From a virus, in IMG/VR virus record IMGVR_UViG_3300035698_005082, positions 1 to 64,000 of that record: a stretch of DNA of 64,000 nucleotides. The stretch is one strand, 5' to 3'. Every line of letters starts with the position of its first letter. Position 1 is the stretch's first letter. Under the pieces are notes generated by a model, which worked only from the letters and a program-made list of their open reading frames with translations, did no database searches and was not told where the DNA came from. A program made the translations under genes and the position numbers. Positions 50,486 to 59,550 of the stretch are shown here, in pieces.

Positions 50486-52476
50486 TGATAAAAAAAATAT
50501 ATAGTGCAAAAATAAAACCATCAGAGATAGTATCTCCGATAAAGCTACACACAGCCCATGTTAACATTGGTGAATCATTTAGTGATTCAATCCCAGTAAT
50601 GCAAAGCGATATAATTAATGATCCATACGTATTAAGTAATGGATGGAATTCAGATCAAAACTTTGTACAGTCTACCTCCAAAATAGGGTTTTCCAATATA
50701 TCAAGAATATCAAATGGAAGAAAGACAATACCTAATCTAGACGGTCCAGTCATAGTTGCATCCGATGAAATACTAATAGATTCAGATGAATTCATAAATA
50801 ACATATCTAATAATCCTGTAATGGGTGTTAGATCGCTAGGTTCTGGTGCGTTATCAAGGGCATTCATTTTCAAAAGAGAGAATGGAAAGATATCTATAAA
50901 TAAAGAATATCAATTTACACACATAGGCTCAATAAGAAACAAACTGCAGGATGGGCAGTTTACAGAACTGACTAAGGATTCAGAATCATTTATAGTATTT
51001 CAGGAATTATCTCCAACTCCCATAAGTTCATTCAAGAATTCCTCTTTATCGCTAAGTATGACTGATTACCTAAGTAGCTCTATAGACTATAACTATATAA
51101 TAAATAAGTATTCAATCCTTGAACATGACTTCTTGTCTATGTGTGACTATATTCCACTATCTGATTCATCAATTGACTATACTTCATTTCAGGAATTCGG
51201 AGTATCTATCTCATCAGAATATTTTCCTATACATAATCAAGCAACTGTAATTGGTAAATGGGCAGATGACATATCGGGCGATATTACGATAGTCCAAGCT
51301 AGCATTGGGTCAATTGTTGACATAGACAGTATAAGTGGAACCATAGAGATATCTAAAAACTATGCAAATCAGTTTGATTCTACAGGACTAACACTTCAGG
51401 GATTCTATATATTCTATGGTGTATCACCATCTATATATGTTGCACCAAAAGACCCTATAATTAAGATAGGCGAAATGCTTGATGAATATTCTTCTTTGTC
51501 ATATATGTCAATAGACAATAATGATTTTGGTGGGAATGTTTCGATAACACAGCAGCTTATAGATGTTACAAATTCATCAGTGTCAGGGTCTGGAATAACT
51601 GACTTAACCGTACCTCTTAAGCATAGCAAATTCTTTCTTGAGCCAAGTTCTAATATAATCATAAATCATAAAATGGTCAAAGCCGGATCAAGGCATTGGA
51701 TGAATAATGAAGAAGTAAACAGGCTAGAGGTAGAAGCACCAAGTCATGTGCTAGACATTCTTGAGCCTTCTGTGCTTCTCGGAGATTCAATATTAACACA
51801 AAGTGACCTGATATCAGCAGATGTTGCTGCAGTATATGGTATCTTCAAGTATGGTGATGTTACAAGAGCGTCTCTTGCTTCCGCCATAGAATTCAATAGT
51901 ACGATAGCCAATCCATTCAATGCAGGCGCACTAGGGCATGGAGAGCTTCTATCTAATGCTGGAGTATTATATTACTCCGTAATATCTGATCCAATAGCTC
52001 CATTGCAAAATAGTATATCAGTACAAGTTAAGCCAGTTGATACTGGATATGAAGTAATCCTTCCAGCTTGGGCTGTTGAAGGAAGTATACAGGTGGTAGA
52101 ACTCACTCCCACAGATTCTAGGGCGTTTAGTCATTGGAGCTATATAGAACCAGATATACTAATACTAGATAAAGAATATGCAGATATGAACACTGCTTAT
52201 GTTATTACGTTCGACATGTCTGTTCATCCAATTATAACGAGCATCAATGTTCCAGAAGGAACTATTGATATATCTAAAACACATGATCCAGAAATTATAT
52301 ATACATCATTCCAGGGGTTCTATGTATTGCATAGTAAGCTCATAAAAATAAGGATTGGTTATATAGATGACTCAGGAATCAGGCACTACTATCCAAAAAC
52401 AATATCTGTTAATGCACTACTAGAAAAAGAATATCTAGAACGTATAGTAACGGGAATGAAAACAATCCTAATATAA
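50485..52476 (+). CDS. Hypothetical baseplate-region structural protein
   Basis: 663-aa Ser/Ile-rich, beta-rich ORF with TAATG coupling. Confidence 0.55.
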   Translation: MIKKIYSAKIKPSEIVSPIKLHTAHVNIGESFSDSIPVMQSDIINDPYVLSNGWNSDQNFVQSTSKIGFSNISRISNGRKTIPNLDGPVIVASDEILIDSDEFINNISNNPVMGVRSLGSGALSRAFIFKRENGKISINKEYQFTHIGSIRNKLQDGQFTELTKDSESFIVFQELSPTPISSFKNSSLSLSMTDYLSSSIDYNYIINKYSILEHDFLSMCDYIPLSDSSIDYTSFQEFGVSISSEYFPIHNQATVIGKWADDISGDITIVQASIGSIVDIDSISGTIEISKNYANQFDSTGLTLQGFYIFYGVSPSIYVAPKDPIIKIGEMLDEYSSLSYMSIDNNDFGGNVSITQQLIDVTNSSVSGSGITDLTVPLKHSKFFLEPSSNIIINHKMVKAGSRHWMNNEEVNRLEVEAPSHVLDILEPSVLLGDSILTQSDLISADVAAVYGIFKYGDVTRASLASAIEFNSTIANPFNAGALGHGELLSNAGVLYYSVISDPIAPLQNSISVQVKPVDTGYEVILPAWAVEGSIQVVELTPTDSRAFSHWSYIEPDILILDKEYADMNTAYVITFDMSVHPIITSINVPEGTIDISKTHDPEIIYTSFQGFYVLHSKLIKIRIGYIDDSGIRHYYPKTISVNALLEKEYLERIVTGMKTILI

Positions 52477-52494
52477 TCACTAGGCTAACAAAAG

Positions 52495-55400
52495 ATGAAT
52501 TATTTAAATAACTTATACGTAAAACCCCCAATACACTTAGTCGATGGGGTTGTTAAAGACGGAACTCTGATTAATTTCGGATTCCAAATTGAAACTGGAT
52601 TTGATAATGTAGGAAATGCATTAGGCAACCTATATGGTAATGCCTCTGGAACTACAGAATATGCGAGGTATTTCAATAGCATATCCTCAGCAATAGGTAA
52701 TATTGGCATTATGTCTCCAGACGAACCTTTCGAGGAAGTGTTCGTATCATATCAGCAAGTATTCTCCCCTAGTGGAAATAGAAAGGAGTTTATTTTAGAC
52801 CTGATAGCTGACCCTATAGAAGCCACAACTACTGTTACTGATTTAGTATCAACAGTATATTCATGGGTTGCTAGTCCTGAAGCCCTAGATACCGAAGGTC
52901 AATATACTCTGGTTGGTAAATCATTAATCTTCTTTAAGGTTCCGGATACTGATTTTACCATTGTCTACAATGGAACTTATCCATCGTTTATGTCATACCC
53001 AGGATATGCCCCAAATGTATATCCACCTCCCCACCTAATAGAGACGGGAGACGTAACTAAGCCAAGCATAGCGCTTACTATTGCTGGCAGATATAGAGTA
53101 ACTATAAATAAATCAAATAAGAATAATGACGAAGATATATTCGGATCTGATCTAACATTAGCATTTAATCCTATTATCGATACATATGTATCTCCTGCTG
53201 GAGATGTGGAAGTTCCATCTGAATATGTGAACGCATGGATAAAAGAGGGGACAACATATAGGCAAATACTTTCTAGATCTATATACATACTAAGCGATAC
53301 TGAATTTGAGATAGATACAGATGAAGAAATAGATGTAAATCTAGATATAATAATATTCTCTATAGCAAATGTTACCGTCTCTGAAATGTTAAAAGAGCTG
53401 TACTCTGTAGTTAAAAATCACAACCATGACAAGAATGATATTGTTGCGACAATAGACCATTCTAGTCTAGTTAATCTCATACCTAGCTCTATTAATCCAG
53501 ATATAAACTATTCTAAGTCTGTCATTACCAATAATGATCATCCTGAATACATGCATAGAGAAGGATTGAGAACTGATGATAGTGGCTCATATAACAATGC
53601 AATGCTTGGTGACCTACTTATTGCATCGACTGATTCTGCTGCTTTATTTAATAATGTAGATGCTGACTCTAATAGTTTAATTTTTGGCTCATCTACGAGT
53701 GGCTCATCAATTAGGTTTAGAAATGTGGAAGATGATCTATTTTTATATCATGCTGGTAATGGACTTACAATACATTCACTATTGGGTGCTGGTAAAGCCA
53801 GCGTAGCCTTAGACGTAAACGGTCATCAGGTATTTAATTATAGAGATGCCCTATTGGTAGATAATTTAGGCATATCTTCAGACTCTGGAAGAGTATTAAT
53901 ATTAGACAAGACTGACCCTTCTGTGTTTGCAGACATGGAAATGAAGCAACTATTTGCAAATAGCATTACACTAGATGGTGTTATGTCAATAGTGAATGAT
54001 GGCGTAATAAAGATAGGAAATATAGAGTTTGCAGAAAGCAATGATCATGTAATAGTTACATCTGTAGGATCTGAATATATAGATTTTCAAACAACTATAA
54101 AGTTATCACAGGTTCATGTTGCAGAGCTAGAAGTAGTAAATACAATAGTAACAGATATAGTAGAGATCAGAGATAGGGATACAACTATCGCCTTTACTGA
54201 TAATGGAAAGACTTCTGAAATAAAGAATACTCCAGATGCACAGCTAGAGATATCATCAGATATGCCTGTAATAATAAAGGCATCAATAGATCTTGAGGGA
54301 GTTTCTGGAAGAGATGACTCGTCTACTCACCCCGCTAGTAGACTAATAAATGGAATATCATTTACAGATAGCAGCTATGGATCACTATCAGAATTTGCAG
54401 CACTATATGTATCTTCACAAGGTGGTACAGCAGCAAGCCCATCACAACCAACTACATACTTAGAGATGCATTATCCAGAATCTTCTGAATTAGAAGATGC
54501 TGTAAATGGACTTTATCTATTAAGGACGACAAGAGTTGATCAGATAGAGAAGGGAATAAAGTATTCATGGAAACAAGACACCGGTGATCAGCGTGTAGAC
54601 GATCTTACAAAATGGCCTCGCGCTAAAATAGCAGCTGGATTTGGAGATTTTTATTCAATAAAAGTTGGATTATCTAGTATAGGTGAAAAAGAAGGGGTTA
54701 AATTTGGACAGTTTAATAACATATATGTAACAGGTGAAGGTGGTAATTGCCCAACTGGTCTAATGGTTCTTGAATCTTTAGCTGGTGTAGCACTAGTAGC
54801 ATCCGGGGCAGACCCTGATGACTGCTCTAATGTATCCTACTCGTCTTTAATTCTTGGAGATATGCAATCAAGAGGATCGGTATCGGTATCAGAAGACATA
54901 AGTGCTGGTAGATTAATAAATGCTGGTGGTCAGCTAGGTGGTGAGACTCTTAGCATAAGAGGACTTGCATCAATATTTGGTACCACAAGGATATATGAAG
55001 ATCTTTCAGTAGATGGAAACCTCGACATATTAGGATCTGTTAAGCTCAATTCTGATGTAATTATAAACGGAAAGATAAAATCAACTGGTAGCTTAGAAAT
55101 AAGCACACTCGCTGTACACGGAACATCTGAATTTGACGAGATAGCAAGGTTTAGCGGCGGAATTCAGGTAAGTAACAATTCAGACTTTAACGCTCCAACA
55201 ATATTCCATCAAAGAGTATCTGTAGACGCTAAGATGACTGCCAACGAGATAGATGCAGGACCAGTAAAGAGTACTACATTTGAAGCTTCTGAAACTATCT
55301 ATGCTAAATCTGGAATAGATGTGGTATCCAATGCGCTGTTCCACGGAAATCTTACAGTCGAAGGATCAACCGACATATCTGGTGCAATAGTTGCAACAGG

Positions 55401-56409
55401 CGCTTCATATTCTGATGGTGTAAATTCTACTGGAGATTTAAATGTATCAGGTGTTTCTAATTTTGAGGGCGATTTATATACTAAGGCGGATGTAGTATTC
55501 ACAGGATCTGATGGATCACTATTAGCTAATGTTCCATCAGTGTTTGGTAGAACAGTATCGTTTAATGGAGAGGTAACCGTCGGTGCCCCAGTAACCATAA
55601 ATGCCCCACTAGAAGTTAGATCGTCAGTAAGCGTTGTGTCAATAACTTCTGATTCAGAAATAACCGTAACAAGTGGTGGTATATCAGCATCTGGTAATAT
55701 TAAAGGTGGAGGCATTGTATCTACAGGAACCATAGAAGCTAGTGGCATAGCTAGTCTAGGAAGCAATCTTAACGTAGGAGGTAATCTTGTTGTATCAGGA
55801 TTCACCAATATGGATGGAGACGTGGTTGTAAATGGAGATATAGGCGCTAGTGGTAACATTAGTTCTAGTGGTAGAATTACGGCAGTAGATGGGTTCGAAG
55901 CCTTAAATGACTCTGTGTCAGCATTTGGTGACGTATCGATAAGTGGAATATTTACACTAGATGGTACATCGGTGGTATCCGGCAAGGCGGAATTTACAAG
56001 CGATGTAGATATCGGTGCAAGCTTAGACATATCAAGCTCAATAACGGTAGGAACGACAACTCCAATAACAATTGGTGATGGAAGCATAACCATAGGAAAC
56101 AGTGGAGCACATGGCGAAATAACTTCTAACTCTGGAACATTCGATCAGATAAAGGGAACATTGCCAGGACATGAGATAATGCTTCCTTCTGGATCCAATC
56201 CAGAATATCAGTCATTATATAATTCAGTAAGACAGCAGAACTTTACTCAGCATGAAAACTCAGCATTCGATGGATCAGCAGTATTCGGTGGACAGGTCAT
56301 AATGAACCAAGACATCTGGGTTGCTGGAATTAAAAGGATTGATTTAGGCTCTTCTGGGAATCTAGAATGGGTGGATATAATTGCAAGAGAGGCATACTAT
56401 GCCCCATAA
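52495..56409 (+). CDS. Tail fibre/spike-like protein with long beta-helix repeat region
   Basis: HNHD..HSSL..DHPEY fibre-type motif; about 400 C-terminal residues of 6-residue V/I-x-G-x-L-x repeats (LNVGGNLVVSG, VVVNGDIGASG). Confidence 0.7.
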   Translation: MNYLNNLYVKPPIHLVDGVVKDGTLINFGFQIETGFDNVGNALGNLYGNASGTTEYARYFNSISSAIGNIGIMSPDEPFEEVFVSYQQVFSPSGNRKEFILDLIADPIEATTTVTDLVSTVYSWVASPEALDTEGQYTLVGKSLIFFKVPDTDFTIVYNGTYPSFMSYPGYAPNVYPPPHLIETGDVTKPSIALTIAGRYRVTINKSNKNNDEDIFGSDLTLAFNPIIDTYVSPAGDVEVPSEYVNAWIKEGTTYRQILSRSIYILSDTEFEIDTDEEIDVNLDIIIFSIANVTVSEMLKELYSVVKNHNHDKNDIVATIDHSSLVNLIPSSINPDINYSKSVITNNDHPEYMHREGLRTDDSGSYNNAMLGDLLIASTDSAALFNNVDADSNSLIFGSSTSGSSIRFRNVEDDLFLYHAGNGLTIHSLLGAGKASVALDVNGHQVFNYRDALLVDNLGISSDSGRVLILDKTDPSVFADMEMKQLFANSITLDGVMSIVNDGVIKIGNIEFAESNDHVIVTSVGSEYIDFQTTIKLSQVHVAELEVVNTIVTDIVEIRDRDTTIAFTDNGKTSEIKNTPDAQLEISSDMPVIIKASIDLEGVSGRDDSSTHPASRLINGISFTDSSYGSLSEFAALYVSSQGGTAASPSQPTTYLEMHYPESSELEDAVNGLYLLRTTRVDQIEKGIKYSWKQDTGDQRVDDLTKWPRAKIAAGFGDFYSIKVGLSSIGEKEGVKFGQFNNIYVTGEGGNCPTGLMVLESLAGVALVASGADPDDCSNVSYSSLILGDMQSRGSVSVSEDISAGRLINAGGQLGGETLSIRGLASIFGTTRIYEDLSVDGNLDILGSVKLNSDVIINGKIKSTGSLEISTLAVHGTSEFDEIARFSGGIQVSNNSDFNAPTIFHQRVSVDAKMTANEIDAGPVKSTTFEASETIYAKSGIDVVSNALFHGNLTVEGSTDISGAIVATGASYSDGVNSTGDLNVSGVSNFEGDLYTKADVVFTGSDGSLLANVPSVFGRTVSFNGEVTVGAPVTINAPLEVRSSVSVVSITSDSEITVTSGGISASGNIKGGGIVSTGTIEASGIASLGSNLNVGGNLVVSGFTNMDGDVVVNGDIGASGNISSSGRITAVDGFEALNDSVSAFGDVSISGIFTLDGTSVVSGKAEFTSDVDIGASLDISSSITVGTTTPITIGDGSITIGNSGAHGEITSNSGTFDQIKGTLPGHEIMLPSGSNPEYQSLYNSVRQQNFTQHENSAFDGSAVFGGQVIMNQDIWVAGIKRIDLGSSGNLEWVDIIAREAYYAP

Positions 56410-58306
56410 GAAAAGTTACTCATTAAAGGTTGGACCTAAGTATGACTTGTTTGGATTGGAGAAATCTAATCCCACAGATCCAATACTAGTATCTGACAAT
56501 AGTATGTCTAAGTTTTCGCTATCTAGAATACAGCGCCCTGAAGAGAGCACTTATGTTAAGGTAATAAAAAGCATACAAAGTACGGCTAGGAAGACTAGAA
56601 TACTTGCCAATACCACAGACGTTAAGATGACTAATGTGTTCAACACATATGGTGATCCATTATTCTATAAGGCGGTAATAAGGAATATTCCTGGGTCTAT
56701 CATATATGTAAATGGAGAAGTGGCAGAAGCCACAGACTCTGACTTTATATACTTAAACAAGACAGCGGCAATAATAGACTATAGAACTAGTGACTCCACA
56801 GTATTATCAGAAGTTCCTGAGATATATCCGGTATTCATATGGGTAGAACAGGAAAATCTATCCAACATAATATCTATTGATAATAGGAAGTATGATTATA
56901 GACTATCGAAAGAAGACATAATGATATCTGTTTCCAAGACTGCTGTTCACGCAGAAGTTGATTCTGGTTCCGTTGTCGATATACATAGGATAAAACATGA
57001 CAAAATAAAGGTAGAGCCATTCTACATAAGAACGTCTAGGCCAGGAGAAAACGGTAGAGTATATTTTGAATACGACTATACTAATATTATAGTCGATTAT
57101 GTGAGTAGGAATTTCGAGAATATATCCAATATAGATGGTGGATATATAAACTTAGAGAATACAAATATATTTAAAGATTCGGTAATTATATATACACTTG
57201 TTGATAATATTGCTACACCAATTGTAGACAACTCTAATGGTGGATATGACGATATTATATTCTCTATAGATGGAAAGATTAATATTGCTACCCTAATAGG
57301 ATCGGCTGTAATAGGGTATTCAGATTTATTATGTGTATCATATAGATATATAAAAACTAATAATATAGTTAATCTAGACAGTGAGGATATGGATATGTCT
57401 AATTCTGAAATCAAGTTTAAGGTGGATCCTACCAAGGTAATTAGTGGTGGCGTTGACGCTATATTTGAACCACAGATATCGTATAGCATACTTGATATAA
57501 ATGGAGATACTGTAATGTCTAGCAAGGAAGACACTCCGACATACGAGTATAGATTACCAGTATATCTTGAGTATGGTAATGTAGGAGATTTCTCTTGGGG
57601 ATGGAGCGATGAATCATTTGGAAGTGGTCCATATGATGGACCTTCAATCGGAGATGTATTAGAAGTTAAGAATTTTATAGATATAAAATCTAGTAGTGAG
57701 AGTGGTGTTATAGATATAGGATCGCTAATCTTTAGGTCTGAGATAGAATCTGCAGACATATACACTTATGATAATGTAGCGTCCATAAAGGGGTCTGATC
57801 TTCCAAGAAGACTAGGCAATTACTCTAATGTAGTATGGAATAATTCACTAGATGGGATATCGTTCAACAAGATAGATGTAGCTTCGGTAGACACATTCGA
57901 TACCTATGCAACTGTATATTTTGAAGGCTTTGTATTATTTAAAGATGAAGCAAAGGTCATAGTTGAATTCGACTTATCGCCATTATATCCTGCACTTGAC
58001 ATAGCTGGATCAATAGATACAGACTACATTTTAGATAACTCAGTAAGCACACTGGCGGTAACCGATGTCTCAAGGTATAATAAAGAGACTCCAGATGCAC
58101 CCAATTCGCTAACAGATCTAGCACTATTTACATACATCAATCAAGAATACATTATAGTGGATTCTGATATATTAATATCAAGTGACCTTAGTAGAGCAAC
58201 TGTTACATTCTCTGGTATTGGCATATCAACAATGCCAGATAATATAGGTATTGGATTTAAAAATAGTGAAGAGTCAATATACCCATCGGTGGCGGTAGAG
58301 ATATGA
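56399..58306 (+). CDS. Hypothetical baseplate/fibre-region structural protein
   Basis: ATG 56399 with GAGG upstream is preferred over TTG 56381; beta-rich and acidic. Confidence 0.55.
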   Translation: MPHKKSYSLKVGPKYDLFGLEKSNPTDPILVSDNSMSKFSLSRIQRPEESTYVKVIKSIQSTARKTRILANTTDVKMTNVFNTYGDPLFYKAVIRNIPGSIIYVNGEVAEATDSDFIYLNKTAAIIDYRTSDSTVLSEVPEIYPVFIWVEQENLSNIISIDNRKYDYRLSKEDIMISVSKTAVHAEVDSGSVVDIHRIKHDKIKVEPFYIRTSRPGENGRVYFEYDYTNIIVDYVSRNFENISNIDGGYINLENTNIFKDSVIIYTLVDNIATPIVDNSNGGYDDIIFSIDGKINIATLIGSAVIGYSDLLCVSYRYIKTNNIVNLDSEDMDMSNSEIKFKVDPTKVISGGVDAIFEPQISYSILDINGDTVMSSKEDTPTYEYRLPVYLEYGNVGDFSWGWSDESFGSGPYDGPSIGDVLEVKNFIDIKSSSESGVIDIGSLIFRSEIESADIYTYDNVASIKGSDLPRRLGNYSNVVWNNSLDGISFNKIDVASVDTFDTYATVYFEGFVLFKDEAKVIVEFDLSPLYPALDIAGSIDTDYILDNSVSTLAVTDVSRYNKETPDAPNSLTDLALFTYINQEYIIVDSDILISSDLSRATVTFSGIGISTMPDNIGIGFKNSEESIYPSVAVEI

Positions 58307-58704
58307 GAGAATTTTTAGAAAATAGATTAGACAATAGGATAGATCAGGACATATCGTTACAATCAGATATATTCAATGATGCAATCAGGACTAGCGCCAT
58401 GCTGGATGTCATAAGCGATAAATCTATAGAAGTAAAAGGGGCGGTAGAATTTCTTACTGATAACATTTCAATACTAGAAAATTCTATAGATGGAGCATTC
58501 TTCTCTATAGAAGAAAAAATAGCCTATCTAACATCATCTATAATACATATAAATAAAATAAAAGTATCTATAGCAGCTACTGCTAGAAAGATAGATGTAA
58601 AATTAGTCAATCTTACAAATGGATTGTATGACAACATGTCATACTCTGCAACAGACAGAGGCTTAATAATGAGTACAGTATATACAACAAGGTTTAGAGA
58701 GTAA
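58303..58704 (+). CDS. Hypothetical coiled-coil protein
   Basis: 133 aa with heptad pattern; ATGA overlap. Confidence 0.5.
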   Translation: MREFLENRLDNRIDQDISLQSDIFNDAIRTSAMLDVISDKSIEVKGAVEFLTDNISILENSIDGAFFSIEEKIAYLTSSIIHINKIKVSIAATARKIDVKLVNLTNGLYDNMSYSATDRGLIMSTVYTTRFRE

Positions 58705-58707
58705 GAT

Positions 58708-59550
58708 ATGCCTAGAAAACAGTATTGGGTAAGCGGAAATAAGAATACACCACATAATTATATGGTTCTCAAGTCACTAGAGAATAGTCTCAATATAAAC
58801 TCAATATCTGTGACTGGTATAAATGGAGAGAATATAGAGATAGTTAAGAATCCTATAAATGTAAGTGGTCATATTACCTTTAGGTACCCACTTGTGTCAT
58901 CTGATAAAGTAAGGGTCGTTATAGATCATCCTCTATCAGAAGTTCTCACTGCAAGTGACTTGTTCACCTTAAGGGTGGGATTGGATAACTATGAGACGAT
59001 AGGTAAATACATCTCAGAAGAAGAGACTATTACATTTAATAATAATATGTCATTGGTGTATGACGTTTCTGGAACCCTAGATTCTCTTATGCAATGTACT
59101 ATACATATGAATACACTGGATGATTATGATAATATTGTGTATTCTGCCTCTATTCCAGTATCCATGAATGATGATGGATGGATGGTCGGGCATACTAATA
59201 CGGGCGATGGACTAGAACTTCCATATGAACCAGTCGAAGATACCTTATATATTCTTGCTGGCGAAGGTAGAGTTGATAATTTCACAATAGATGGAAAGGT
59301 TATTAAATTCTCTGTACCAGAAGGATTTGACTGCTATGTAGTCTATAAGCCTAGGTTTACGGAAGAAGGTAATATACATCAATTCTCTAACAACATACAT
59401 ATTTCCCCATCATACGATATGATACTTAAAGATAATTATTGTAAAAAGATAATATTCTACTTAACTGTCGAAGTGTTCAATCCAGACGCTACATCGATTA
59501 ATCATACACCAACTATAAAATCCCTTGGACTACTGACATCTGACAAATGA
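58708..59550 (+). CDS. Hypothetical structural protein
   Basis: 280-aa beta-rich ORF ending TPTIKSLGL. Confidence 0.55.
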   Translation: MPRKQYWVSGNKNTPHNYMVLKSLENSLNINSISVTGINGENIEIVKNPINVSGHITFRYPLVSSDKVRVVIDHPLSEVLTASDLFTLRVGLDNYETIGKYISEEETITFNNNMSLVYDVSGTLDSLMQCTIHMNTLDDYDNIVYSASIPVSMNDDGWMVGHTNTGDGLELPYEPVEDTLYILAGEGRVDNFTIDGKVIKFSVPEGFDCYVVYKPRFTEEGNIHQFSNNIHISPSYDMILKDNYCKKIIFYLTVEVFNPDATSINHTPTIKSLGLLTSDK

